Of a stretch of DNA of 53,334 bases, positions 17,511 through 25,475 are shown piece after piece (positions within the stretch are counted from its first letter, which is position 1; each line of letters starts with the position of its first letter). The stretch lies in IMG/VR virus record IMGVR_UViG_3300045988_147485; one strand, given 5' to 3'. The translations under genes were made by a program, and so were the position numbers. The notes under the pieces are model-generated. The model worked only from the letters and a program-made list of their open reading frames with translations, was not told the origin of the DNA and did no database searches. Source of the DNA: a virus.

Positions 17511-18065
17511 TTAGATTTCAACGATGGCCACTAATCCATCATAGAAATAAGCCTGGTATCTGTCCCCGTCCAACTGTACGGCTATATCGTCCCCGCAGTC
17601 GTAGGAATACACGGCGAGATCATCCCCGCCGATCATGCCGAAGTAACGCATCATAGATGCATTAAACGGCTCCCCTTTCGGGAACACGGCTACTCTGGTG
17701 GTTCCATCCCCTACGCCGTTCGGTACGATCGAGTAAGCCGAAGCGTTCCCGATCTTGACGCCGCCGGCGTCAGATTCTGTTTTGATGCACCGGGCGCCGA
17801 ACATCCCGCGCACTCTGCCCCAGTGACCGGACGGCCGCAGGTTCTGGCTTACATACGCATATGCATATGTTCCGGACATTTCCGGGTCTTCCAGGATCCG
17901 GCTAATAAAATCCTCCGAATCCTTGGCCATGCGCAAGTGATGCATGACCATCTTGTATTGATCCTCCATGAACCTATCGAAGAGGATCTTTCTGGCGGTC
18001 GTGTCCTCCGCCTTGCTCAGTTCATATCTGCCGCTTTTCAGCAGCACCAAATCAGATTTTCTCAT
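17511..18065 (-). CDS. Hypothetical protein (accessory island), driven by mirrored promoter copy A
   Basis: ORF MRKSDLVLLKSGRYEL... with visibly GC-richer codons than the rest of the phage. No family recognised. Confidence 0.5.
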   Translation of the reverse strand: MRKSDLVLLKSGRYELSKAEDTTARKILFDRFMEDQYKMVMHHLRMAKDSEDFISRILEDPEMSGTYAYAYVSQNLRPSGHWGRVRGMFGARCIKTESDAGGVKIGNASAYSIVPNGVGDGTTRVAVFPKGEPFNASMMRYFGMIGGDDLAVYSYDCGDDIAVQLDGDRYQAYFYDGLVAIVEI

Positions 18066-18070
18066 ATTTT

Positions 18071-18149
18071 CCACCATCCGCCCCGTGGGGCGCCTTTCTT
18101 TATTTGATACTTACATTATAGCCCCATTGGGGCTAATTGTCAAGCATTT
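18071..18149. repeat. 79-bp inverted repeat, copy A (promoter/operator/5' leader unit facing left)
   Basis: Exact reverse complement of 18491-18569. Confidence 0.9.
18115..18143 (-). promoter_or_regulatory. Consensus sigma-70-type promoter with internal palindromic operator (copy A)
   Basis: On the minus strand: TTGACA-17 nt-TATAAT. The spacer holds the palindrome TAGCCCCA-A-TGGGGCTA. Confidence 0.7.
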
Positions 18150-18151
18150 TT

Positions 18152-18379
18152 TCAAAAGAATTTAATTTTTTCGTCGTCGGTTGTGACGACCTCCAAAATG
18201 TCTCCCGGCTGGCATCGGCACATAACGCATATACGGTTGATCGCTTCTATACTGACCATGTCGCCAGCCTTTAACTTGGCGCGAGCTTGACCGCTTAAAA
18301 GGTTATTCCTCTGTATCTTTGTTTGGCTGTATCCGTGTTTCTTTAATAAGGTAAGAATATCCTGTTTGTATCTTATCAA
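18152..18379 (-). CDS. Small XRE/HTH_26-like transcriptional regulator
   Basis: ORF runs to 18421, but AAGGAGG precedes the TTG at 18379. C-terminal INRICVMCRCQPGDILEVV matches the Cro/C1-type HTH_26 signature (..C..L.C.PGD.LE.). Confidence 0.6.
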   Translation of the reverse strand: MIRYKQDILTLLKKHGYSQTKIQRNNLLSGQARAKLKAGDMVSIEAINRICVMCRCQPGDILEVVTTDDEKIKFF

Positions 18380-18490
18380 ATAAGCCACCTCCTTATATAT
18401 ATGTTTTGGCTCCTTGTTCAAAAGGATATATATATCCTACCACATACGGGCCGGCAAGTCAAAACAAAGATAGACCATTTTTTTGTTTTG

Positions 18491-18569
18491 AAATGCTTGA
18501 CAATTAGCCCCAATGGGGCTATAATGTAAGTATCAAATAAAGAAAGGCGCCCCACGGGGCGGATGGTGG
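18491..18569. repeat. 79-bp inverted repeat, copy B (promoter/operator/5' leader unit facing right)
   Basis: Exact reverse complement of 18071-18149. Confidence 0.9.
18497..18525 (+). promoter_or_regulatory. Consensus sigma-70-type promoter with internal palindromic operator (copy B)
   Basis: TTGACA (18497-18502)-17 nt-TATAAT (18520-18525). Operator TAGCCCCAATGGGGCTA at 18505-18521. Confidence 0.7.
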
Positions 18570-18574
18570 TTAAA

Positions 18575-18721
18575 ATGAAAAAAGAAGAAAAACAGGCTTT
18601 AATATCCCAGATGGAAGCGGAACTTTCCAAAGTCTGCGGTACATATGAGGACGATTGTTCTAAGTGTCCAAAGCAGGCACTTTGTAACAAATATATAGCG
18701 GTATCGACCGCAGAAGAATAG
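18575..18721 (+). CDS. Small Cys-containing protein (48 aa), not in ORF track
   Basis: ATG right after the repeated leader. MKKEEKQALISQMEAELSKVCGTYEDDCSKCPKQALCNKYIAVSTAEE. Confidence 0.4.
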   Translation: MKKEEKQALISQMEAELSKVCGTYEDDCSKCPKQALCNKYIAVSTAEE

Positions 18722-18735
18722 AGGAGGTGGCCATA

Positions 18736-19185
18736 ATGAAAAAAACGAAAAATAATAATGTCATGACGATCGTGGAAAAAACAAGCAAACAAATAAGGAG
18801 CCACATAATAATATACAGAAATGGTTCCTTTGGCTATCATTTCGCTGAAATGGATACAATAGAACAGCTTGAAAAATTTTCCAAAATGCTAGGTTTTTCA
18901 TATGCATTGGAAGATGTGAGCCATTCAGCGGAACACGGCGAGTATATAGAGTATAGGCTTTCGCACTCAATAGACGACAACAACAGTTTTATGAAACTGT
19001 CAGACATTCCAAACGGTGCAAAGCCTTTTAAGGCCCTTTCAAATGGGTCTATAGTTGACTGTTATTTTTTGAATGACGGCAAAACAATACACATTTATAG
19101 GCCTAACCCAAACGCTAAAAATGTGTATAAGCCGCTTGATACAAAAGATCACATTGATTTTGTAAAAAATAACTATTTGTGCTAA
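18736..19185 (+). CDS. Hypothetical protein (accessory island)
   Basis: AGGAGG 8 nt upstream of the ATG at 18736. 149 aa, no motif recognised. Confidence 0.5.
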   Translation: MKKTKNNNVMTIVEKTSKQIRSHIIIYRNGSFGYHFAEMDTIEQLEKFSKMLGFSYALEDVSHSAEHGEYIEYRLSHSIDDNNSFMKLSDIPNGAKPFKALSNGSIVDCYFLNDGKTIHIYRPNPNAKNVYKPLDTKDHIDFVKNNYLC

Positions 19186-19262
19186 GCCGAAACGCCCGGC
19201 AGGGCGTCAGCCGCGGGATGGTCTCCCGGCTCTGATGATGGCAGACCAGAAAGGGAAAGAAC

Positions 19263-19484
19263 ATGAAAGATACAGGACTGGCCTTTTATTGGGCCGAAAA
19301 AGAGAGCAAAAACGGCGCAGCCGTTAGACTTTTTGAAAGCAATGGGATAAGGTGGGAATATTCCCACCTTGGGGAATTGTTCGCCGATGTTTTCGGAATC
19401 GGCTTACTGTTAAAAGTAGGCTTTGAGCCGATCGGCGGGGACTGGTTCCGGATCCTGTTTGATCCAGAATCAAAAATATATTAG
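19263..19484 (+). CDS. Hypothetical protein (73 aa)
   Basis: ORF with upstream GAAAGGGAAAG purine tract, followed by a terminator. Confidence 0.4.
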   Translation: MKDTGLAFYWAEKESKNGAAVRLFESNGIRWEYSHLGELFADVFGIGLLLKVGFEPIGGDWFRILFDPESKIY

Positions 19485-19510
19485 GGGGGGCGTTTGCCCC
19501 TCTTTTTTTG
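19484..19510 (+). terminator. Rho-independent terminator
   Basis: GGGGC-GTTT-GCCCC then TCTTTTTTT. Confidence 0.65.
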
Positions 19511-19521
19511 TAGCGAAAAAA

Positions 19522-19550
19522 TTGACGGTTTTCGGTTTTTTTGTTATAAT
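19522..19550 (+). promoter_or_regulatory. Near-consensus promoter
   Basis: TTGACG-17 nt-TATAAT, about 115 nt upstream of the 19668 ORF. Confidence 0.6.
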
Positions 19551-19667
19551 TAAAAGAAAAAATTGCATAAAAAACAAAGTTCGCATTTTTTGGAAAAACT
19601 GCGCTTTTTAGTGTACCTTTTTCAAAAATAAGGGGGCTTATTTTTTGGATGCAAAAAAGGATGAAAA

Positions 19668-20171
19668 ATGAACCAAAAAGAAACAAATAAAAAAGCGTTC
19701 TGTGAATTTGTAAAAATTTGTTGTGATGCTTTAGAAATTGGCGAAGTGCCGCCGATTTTCGTAAATTCGGAAAAATTAAAAACTGAAACAATGGCCGCTT
19801 GCTGTGAGTATGACGGCGAACACTGGCGCATATATACCCGGGAGATACCGGACACCGTGCCGGATCCTCTTATCTTTGTCAGCATGGCGCACGATCTGCG
19901 CCAGATCTGGCAACTGGAAACAGACCCGGCGGAATGGTTTGACGGCTACAAGAGCGCCGAAGAGTTTGAAGGCCTTGACGATTTTTTTCAGCAAAAATCC
20001 GAAGTGGACGCTAACGGCTTCGCTATGTTGATGCTAGCCGCCGTCTTTGGTCTCGAGCCGCAGTTTGAGCCGCTGAATGATACGACTTTTCAAATGATTT
20101 ACGCCAGGTTCAAGGAATTGTCCGATGAATATCGCAAAACCGGCACGGAAAATCCAGATTACGAAAAATAA
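19668..20171 (+). CDS. Hypothetical protein (167 aa)
   Basis: AAAGGATGAAAAATG start region. Contains AHDLRQIWQ, a degenerate HExxH-like stretch. No confident family. Confidence 0.45.
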   Translation: MNQKETNKKAFCEFVKICCDALEIGEVPPIFVNSEKLKTETMAACCEYDGEHWRIYTREIPDTVPDPLIFVSMAHDLRQIWQLETDPAEWFDGYKSAEEFEGLDDFFQQKSEVDANGFAMLMLAAVFGLEPQFEPLNDTTFQMIYARFKELSDEYRKTGTENPDYEK

Positions 20172-20213
20172 AATTTTGCGTAATCTGGCCATAGAAAAAA
20201 TGATAGGGTAGGG

Positions 20214-20372
20214 GGGTTAAAAATCTCCTGCAAAATTTTTTTGAGAAGAAATAATTTGTAAAGCAGAAACCTCATAAGGGTTGATGTTTTTTAATATTTT
20301 TATCAGCTTTTCTTCTGTCATTTCTGGATTTGTTTTTCTTACATATTCCAGAATTTTACTTAAATTGTTCAT
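20214..20372 (-). CDS. Small hypothetical protein (52 aa), not in ORF track
   Basis: ATGA start/stop overlap with the upstream HExxH gene. MNNLSKILEYVRKTNPEMTEEKLIKILKNINPYEV... Confidence 0.35.
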
Positions 20373-20689
20373 GCAATGCTCCTTATCTCTCTAAAAACAA
20401 AATCTACGATTTCAAATACTTCTTTTCCATATGATGCTACAAAATCACAAAGCCTTTCTTCTTGCGATATAGGCATAAATAAGCCGTAACTCATGCAGAC
20501 CGCATGACATACCTCATGAGTAAAAACTTTCCTCAAAAAAGGGCCCTGTAGTTTGTCAGATAGGTATATTTTCTTTTCCCCTCTATCTGTCACGCCTACG
20601 CTGTATGTTCCGTTCGACCTTTGAAAATGATCGTTATTGCTATTCGCAAAAACAACCGACCATTCTATCCCGTTTATATAAAAATGCAT
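20369..20689 (-). CDS. Small HExxH zinc metallopeptidase-like protein
   Basis: THEVCHAV motif in a 106-aa protein. Resembles ImmA/IrrE- or SprT-like minimal peptidases. Confidence 0.45.
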   Translation of the reverse strand: MHFYINGIEWSVVFANSNNDHFQRSNGTYSVGVTDRGEKKIYLSDKLQGPFLRKVFTHEVCHAVCMSYGLFMPISQEERLCDFVASYGKEVFEIVDFVFREIRSIA

Positions 20690-20742
20690 AGAAATACCTC
20701 CATAAAAAAATGACCCGCTAAAAATAACGGATCAAAAAAATG

Positions 20743-20771
20743 TTGACACAAACAAAATGCTGTGATAGTAT
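20743..20771 (+). promoter_or_regulatory. Promoter for a short plus-strand transcript
   Basis: TTGACA-17 nt-TAGTAT with TG at the extended -10 position. Confidence 0.5.
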
Positions 20772-20777
20772 CATAAG

Positions 20778-20828
20778 TGACTAAAGTACTAGGAACGGGC
20801 GAAAGGCGTCACCCGTTCCTTTTATTTT
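20778..20828 (+). ncRNA. Candidate ~50-nt small RNA (promoter-to-terminator unit)
   Basis: The promoter is followed within about 20 nt by GGAACGGG-12 nt-CCCGTTCC and TTTTATTTT. No ORF fits. Confidence 0.35.
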
Positions 20829-20829
20829 G

Positions 20830-21117
20830 TCATTTTTCGGCAAGTTGATAAACAATCTCACTGCCATAATCGTCACTGTGTCGCAGATCATATCTTTTTT
20901 GATTTATCGACAAAAACAATATGACCATAGCGGCGAAAACGCCAATTACAACCAGAACCAAGATGCCAAGGTGTTTGAGCCATGAAAAATCTCCTTTTTT
21001 TACATTCTTTTCCTCTTCGTACTGGAGTTTTTCCAGATCGGTTCCGCACCTTGGACAAAACTTAATGTTTTCCTCATGTTCAGCCCCACATTTCGGGCAA
21101 AATTTGTCGTTATTCAT
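20830..21117 (-). CDS. Zinc-ribbon membrane protein
   Basis: Likely start MNNDKFCPKCG...CPRCG (two CxxC pairs), then the TM helix LGILVLVVIGVFAAMVILFL. Confidence 0.5.
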   Translation of the reverse strand: MNNDKFCPKCGAEHEENIKFCPRCGTDLEKLQYEEEKNVKKGDFSWLKHLGILVLVVIGVFAAMVILFLSINQKRYDLRHSDDYGSEIVYQLAEK

Positions 21118-21209
21118 AAACAACCCTCCATTAACATATTTTGAAAACATTATACCGTAAAATTTACCTTGGTTCAACAATCCGCATCAAATATTCAGTT
21201 TACAATGTC

Positions 21210-21866
21210 CTACATTTTGGACGCCAAAGCGTTCAAGGAATTTTTCGCAAGAGATTTTTCTTCCGGAAGCATATCATCATAAAGGCCGGTAAGGTCTTTT
21301 GCTACCTCTTTCAGATATTTCTCAAAGCTTTTCATCACTGCGTCTTTTTCAGACTGGCTGCTGCCCTTGTGATCTCTTTTTGCGTTATGGTATTCTCTTT
21401 TTGCAATATCATATTCGCTCTCATGCGCCGCCATGGATGGTTCGGAGTAAAACATTTTCTGATGGGTATATCTGTCCATGTCCCGGTCGTGTTCCATATC
21501 TCTGTACATTTCCGGAGTCATTCTAAGATAAGGCGGTTCCTCATATCCCATGCGCATCCCTTTACCTTTTGGTGCAAACCGTCCATTTGCATAGCGGTAA
21601 CGATCATAGAATCTTCTGCCGTCCTCTTCGCCGTACTCATTTTTGAGTAAAACCATCAGACGCTTTTCATATTCCTTTTCTTCCTCTTCGGATTCTTTCA
21701 TTGCTTTGACAATGACCGCATGGTATTCGGCCTCATTAAGGTCTTTTATCATATCAACAACATCTGATATTGGGTAGGCTCCAACACAAGTTTCATTGCT
21801 GTCGATTGCGTTTTCTGTACATTCGACCAACTTTTCGATCATTTCATGCATTCTCTTAATATGCAT
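21210..21866 (-). CDS. Hypothetical charged protein
   Basis: ORF with ATG at 21866 after AGGCAGGTG. Rich in E/K/R/Y/M and His. No family recognised. Confidence 0.45.
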   Translation of the reverse strand: MHIKRMHEMIEKLVECTENAIDSNETCVGAYPISDVVDMIKDLNEAEYHAVIVKAMKESEEEEKEYEKRLMVLLKNEYGEEDGRRFYDRYRYANGRFAPKGKGMRMGYEEPPYLRMTPEMYRDMEHDRDMDRYTHQKMFYSEPSMAAHESEYDIAKREYHNAKRDHKGSSQSEKDAVMKSFEKYLKEVAKDLTGLYDDMLPEEKSLAKNSLNALASKM

Positions 21867-21884
21867 ATCAAACACCTGCCTTTC

Positions 21885-22307
21885 TTACGCCGAACGAACA
21901 ACGGTTAAATTGCTGTTCTGTACTTCGATTGCCTGTGTTGAGGTGTTCTGAACCGCTACAGTGCTGCAGCATCCTCTATGCACATTGATATAGGCCTGTG
22001 CGGAAACATTGAAAAAATTTCCCACTGCTGCCGGTGTTACGATCATCTTTGTTGCCTGCAACGGCTCTCCGTCCACTGCCAGCGCAAGAGAAATCTCTTC
22101 CACTGTTCCCCCTGTAGGGATCTGGATATTTCCAGAAAACCCAACCAGGAATCTTGCCCTGCACTGGTTTGTTAAACCTCTCAACTTAACAATTCCGGAT
22201 CCCTGCCGATGCACGATACAATTACTGCCGCTTACAGGTGATTCTGTAAAAGCAACATCTTCTCCCTGCGCTACCTCCTGCAGCGCAATTGCTGTAAATT
22301 CTGCCAT
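21885..22307 (-). CDS. Possible C1q/TNF-like jelly-roll protein (BclA C-terminal-domain-like)
   Basis: 140 aa with alternating beta-strand pattern (GIVKLRG..., ISLALAVDGEPL, AIEVQNSNLTVVR), reminiscent of exosporium BclA-type C-terminal domains. No collagen repeats. Confidence 0.3.
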   Translation of the reverse strand: MAEFTAIALQEVAQGEDVAFTESPVSGSNCIVHRQGSGIVKLRGLTNQCRARFLVGFSGNIQIPTGGTVEEISLALAVDGEPLQATKMIVTPAAVGNFFNVSAQAYINVHRGCCSTVAVQNTSTQAIEVQNSNLTVVRSA

Positions 22308-22325
22308 AAATAATTCTCTCCTTTC

Positions 22326-22361
22326 AAAATAAAAACCACCAACCGATATTGGCTAGTGGTT
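22326..22361 (-). terminator. Terminator after the antirepressor gene
   Basis: AACCAC...GTGGTT stem followed by TTTTTATTTT on the minus strand. Confidence 0.5.
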
Positions 22362-22372
22362 TCTAATTTTGA

Positions 22373-23212
22373 TTATTTAGTTCCTACGCAATAGCACATC
22401 ATCATTTCCTTTATTACCAGCTCGTATGCCGGTCTAAGGTCTTTATCATTTGCTATAACATACAGTTTGTTGATCTTGTTTAACTCTGCTTTCTTAATGT
22501 CCGGTCGTTCCTCTAACGCTCTTCCTTTTGCTCGCTGAACTCTATCATCAAGTCGGCAGTTGCGCTTTTTCGTGAGCCGTTTATAACTTTCGCTTCTTGC
22601 CATGGAATACTTCGTACTGCGTGTCGATTCATCCGTAAATTTCGGGCTTTCGGCAATCTTTGATATGCAGTTGCTTACCCATCTCTGGAAATTATCAATG
22701 TCGCTTGTACTTTTGAATGTTTCAGCAATGGTTGTCTGCGTTTCCTCAATCTTCTTAATCTGTTCGCCCTGCTTCTTCTGTTCGTCGGAAAGCCGTTTCT
22801 GTTCCAACTCATTTTGAGAAATGGACTGCACAAGTAAGTTCATCAGTTTGGTTGTCGGGTTTAATTGCTCTAAGTCCACACTTCCTTGCTTGTGTCTTTT
22901 CTCAACATCAATAAAGTACTTTCGTATCTGCTTGCCCTTTTCATTTCGTTCAAGCATTGCCATTTCTTTGGCAGTGTCAAGGTTGATAATGTGTTCTTTC
23001 TTGGCTTGGCCGGAAGGTGTCGAAAATTCGACGGCTTGAAAATCTTCATCTTTAATGGCATCAATATCCGAAAATCTGCGGTTTGCCCATTCACGATAAT
23101 TGCTTTTTACTTCCAATGCTGAATGAAGTTCTGTTCCATAAACAACCTTAATTCCCTTGTCTGTTTCATAAACCGGCACAAGATCATTTTCAATGATTTT
23201 CATTTCACCCAT
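22373..23212 (-). CDS. Antirepressor (AntA/ORF6N-type N-terminal domain)
   Basis: NDLVPVYETDKGIKVVYGTELHSALEV...REWANRR...INLDTAKEMAMLERNEKGKQIRKYFIDVEK is the classic AntA/AntB signature. Confidence 0.75.
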   Translation of the reverse strand: MGEMKIIENDLVPVYETDKGIKVVYGTELHSALEVKSNYREWANRRFSDIDAIKDEDFQAVEFSTPSGQAKKEHIINLDTAKEMAMLERNEKGKQIRKYFIDVEKRHKQGSVDLEQLNPTTKLMNLLVQSISQNELEQKRLSDEQKKQGEQIKKIEETQTTIAETFKSTSDIDNFQRWVSNCISKIAESPKFTDESTRSTKYSMARSESYKRLTKKRNCRLDDRVQRAKGRALEERPDIKKAELNKINKLYVIANDKDLRPAYELVIKEMMMCYCVGTK

Positions 23213-23322
23213 TATCTAACACCCCACTTTCTCTTGAATGACAAAATAAGGTTCAAGATAAATTCGGCGAACTTATCATCTTGAATGTTGCTTATTTCCG
23301 TGATTAACTTTTCTCTCATCAT
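23212..23322 (-). CDS. Micro-protein (36 aa), paralog of 46288-46419
   Basis: MMREKLITEISNIQDDKFAEFILNLILSFKRKWGVR. Overlapping start and stop codons with both neighbours. Confidence 0.4.
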   Translation of the reverse strand: MMREKLITEISNIQDDKFAEFILNLILSFKRKWGVR

Positions 23323-23486
23323 CTTGCACCTCCTTCCCCAACGATTACAACGCTTTCTCCGTTGTAAATTGCTTTCTTGTCTGCAAGGTTCGCAAGAAAT
23401 GACAGTGTGACCGGGAGCCATTTCTCGTTGTCTCGATCGTCAACCAGTTGCTTTAACAGTTCCCTACATTGTTCCGTTTTATTCAT
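23319..23486 (-). CDS. Small hypothetical protein (55 aa), not in ORF track
   Basis: AGGAGGAT RBS. MNKTEQCRELLKQLVDDRDNEKWLPVTLSF... Confidence 0.4.
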   Translation of the reverse strand: MNKTEQCRELLKQLVDDRDNEKWLPVTLSFLANLADKKAIYNGESVVIVGEGGAR

Positions 23487-23612
23487 CTTAAAATCCTCCT
23501 ATTTAATAAATAATTATTGCCAAAAGGAGGTATGCAGTGCTATAATTTACATACTCCTTTTGGGGTTCGGCAACTGATATGACTACCAATCAACGACAGT
23601 TGCCGACTTTTT

Positions 23613-23783
23613 TTATTTTAGTTCAGACCTTAGATGTTTAATCCCTCTCCTTACTGCTTCGCCTTTTTCGATTTTTTCTTGTTTGCAATACAAATCAAGT
23701 ATTTCTTTGCTTTCATTATCAAGTCTAACAGTAACTTTGTGTTGTTTTGGATTATTCGTTGGTCTTCCCATTTTAGAAGACAT
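23613..23783 (-). CDS. Small ribbon-helix-helix-like DNA-binding protein (56 aa), not in ORF track
   Basis: MSSKMGRPTNNPKQHKVTVRLDNESKEILDLYCKQ... The basic N-terminus followed by a beta-strand (VTVRL) and then helices is typical of CopG/Arc-like proteins. It is a paralog of 23999-24172. Confidence 0.45.
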   Translation of the reverse strand: MSSKMGRPTNNPKQHKVTVRLDNESKEILDLYCKQEKIEKGEAVRRGIKHLRSELK

Positions 23784-23799
23784 ACAATCACCTCACTTT

Positions 23800-23840
23800 T
23801 GTCTTCCATAAGTACAATATATACTTATGTCTTCCAAATG
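23800..23840. promoter_or_regulatory. Repeat-structured operator candidate upstream of the RHH gene
   Basis: On the minus strand: TGGAAGACA-TAAGTA-TATATTG-TACTTA-TGGAAGACA, that is, 9-bp direct repeats flanking an inverted repeat. Confidence 0.4.
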
Positions 23841-23998
23841 TCAAATAGATTTTAAGATAATTGTTCCGTTTTATTCATAATTCTACCTTCCTTTCTGAAA
23901 ATGCTTGATTTTCCGAAAGAAACTGATATAATGAATTTATCAATCTCTTTCGGATTGGTACAAAAAGCGTTGTTTTTCGTTGGTAGCGGTGCAACGCT

Positions 23999-24172
23999 TT
24001 ATTTTTTTTTGCCCTTTACTTTCTCAATCCCGATTTTAATTAAATCAAGTATTGTATATCCGCTTTTACCAGAGAAATCCATTATTTCTTTTTTTTCGTC
24101 CTTTGTAACACGAATATATATCCTTTCGTTTTTGGGATTATCCAGTTTCGGCCTACCTTTCTTAGTGGACAT
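23999..24172 (-). CDS. Small ribbon-helix-helix-like DNA-binding protein
   Basis: Likely start MSTKKGRPKLDNPKNERIYIRVTKDEKKEIMDF after AGAGGTGAG. An upstream TTGACA-17-TTATAT promoter is flanked by GTACGG direct repeats. Confidence 0.45.
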   Translation of the reverse strand: MSTKKGRPKLDNPKNERIYIRVTKDEKKEIMDFSGKSGYTILDLIKIGIEKVKGKKK

Positions 24173-24383
24173 ATGCTCACCTCTTTTCTGTCCGTACATT
24201 TAATATAAACCGTACGCACAATAATTGTCAAGCATTATTTTCAAAAAGTTTTCAAAATCACAAATCACTAGCCAATATTCAGTTTTCAAAGTGCAAAAGG
24301 GCAAACCCTAAAGCCTGCCCTCTAATTCGTAATACTGCTTTGCAGACATAATCTCTCGGATTAAGTTACATCTTATTTAGTTA

Positions 24384-25169
24384 CTAACAGCCGCAACAAC
24401 TGTTACATCCGCATCCGTATGCATATGCATTTGGATTAGGAACCGGATAAGCCGGGACCGGTGCAGGATTAACAGCATTGATAATCTGCTGTGTCTGCGC
24501 CGCCATCTGTGTAGTAAGCAATGCCGACTGCCGATCCTGTGAAGCGGCTCTTCGCAGATCATTGTTTTCTGCCTGCAAGGTAGAGATTTTTTCCTGGCAA
24601 AGATAGTCAAGGATTGCTCTTGTTCCTGCGTTCTGGCTCTCAATGATGTCTCGGGTGTTGTTGTTCATGGTGTTCTGCAGAGCGCAAGTGTTCTGCGCCA
24701 TGTTGTAGTTTACACCCTGGATTGCTTCTCTGGTCTCACAGCAACAGTTAGCAATCTGTGTCTGTAAGGCATTTGTGTTCTGCATATTTGCGATGGTATC
24801 AGCATTGATAGCCTGCTGGATTCCAAAGCCGGTCTGCATTACATTGGTGTTTACTCCGTTAAAACCTGTGAGTAATGAGTTGCTTGTGGCATAAAAACCG
24901 TCACAAATTCCATTTGTAATGCCATCAAGTTTACTGATAACAGCCTGCGTATCGAATCCTCGCTGGATTGCAGAATCTGTATATGCTGCTGCCGTTCCGC
25001 TTTCTCTTCCGTTGCCGCCAAAGCCATTACCAAAGCCGCCCCAGCCGAAAATCATAGCAAAAACGATAATAGCCCAGATTCCATCTCCGCCTAAAAATCC
25101 ATCGTTTCTGTCGTTCCCTGTCACTGCCGCAATATCGGCAAGTGATGGTCCTGCATTTCCATTAAACAT
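24384..25169 (-). CDS. Membrane protein with N/Q/T-rich repeats and Cys-rich C-terminus
   Basis: TM helix GIWAIIVFAMIFGWGGFG, repeated N..QT/QN motifs, CCC at mid-protein, and the C-terminal YGCGCNSCCGC. Confidence 0.5.
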   Translation of the reverse strand: MFNGNAGPSLADIAAVTGNDRNDGFLGGDGIWAIIVFAMIFGWGGFGNGFGGNGRESGTAAAYTDSAIQRGFDTQAVISKLDGITNGICDGFYATSNSLLTGFNGVNTNVMQTGFGIQQAINADTIANMQNTNALQTQIANCCCETREAIQGVNYNMAQNTCALQNTMNNNTRDIIESQNAGTRAILDYLCQEKISTLQAENNDLRRAASQDRQSALLTTQMAAQTQQIINAVNPAPVPAYPVPNPNAYAYGCGCNSCCGC

Positions 25170-25238
25170 TTTGGTTTACCTCCGTAAATTTATTTACATC
25201 GGGTAACTAGTCTTTTTGTGCGCACGACCCAAAATGTA

Positions 25239-25475
25239 TCAGTTATTTTTGAAAAGATCTAATGCCATTTTTTTAGCATCTTCTTCTGATAAGTTCCGTT
25301 CCCGGCAAAGATTTTCTCCCATTTCACGGAACCCTTTTGTATCTTTTTTGCAAAGCATCCTTAAAGCGTTTTGCGCCATCTGATTGTTTTGCAGTTTAGG
25401 ATCTCTCTGTATTAAATTTTCAAGGCTGTTTGAATCCAGTCCTGCTATCTTCCGCATAAAATCAATCGGTCTCAT
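25239..25475 (-). CDS. Hypothetical protein (78 aa)
   Basis: ORF in an operon with its neighbours. No motif recognised. Confidence 0.4.
   Translation of the reverse strand: MRPIDFMRKIAGLDSNSLENLIQRDPKLQNNQMAQNALRMLCKKDTKGFREMGENLCRERNLSEEDAKKMALDLFKNN

Noticed and set aside
18418-18840. 140-aa minus-strand ORF spanning inverted-repeat copy B
   Set aside because: It runs antisense through a consensus promoter, its leader and two plus-strand genes. Its composition is not protein-like.
19231-19262. CTGATGA ... GAAA resembling a hammerhead ribozyme core
   Set aside because: The intervening stem II would be only 3 bp (TGG/CCA). I could find no flanking sequences able to form stems I and III with a cleavage-site triplet, so it is probably chance.
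24377-24643. 88-aa and other nested ORFs inside 24384-25169, 13477-13668, 21976-22164, 38478-38660 and 47679-47918
   Set aside because: All are alternative frames inside longer ORFs with recognisable motifs or better coding character. None has an RBS.
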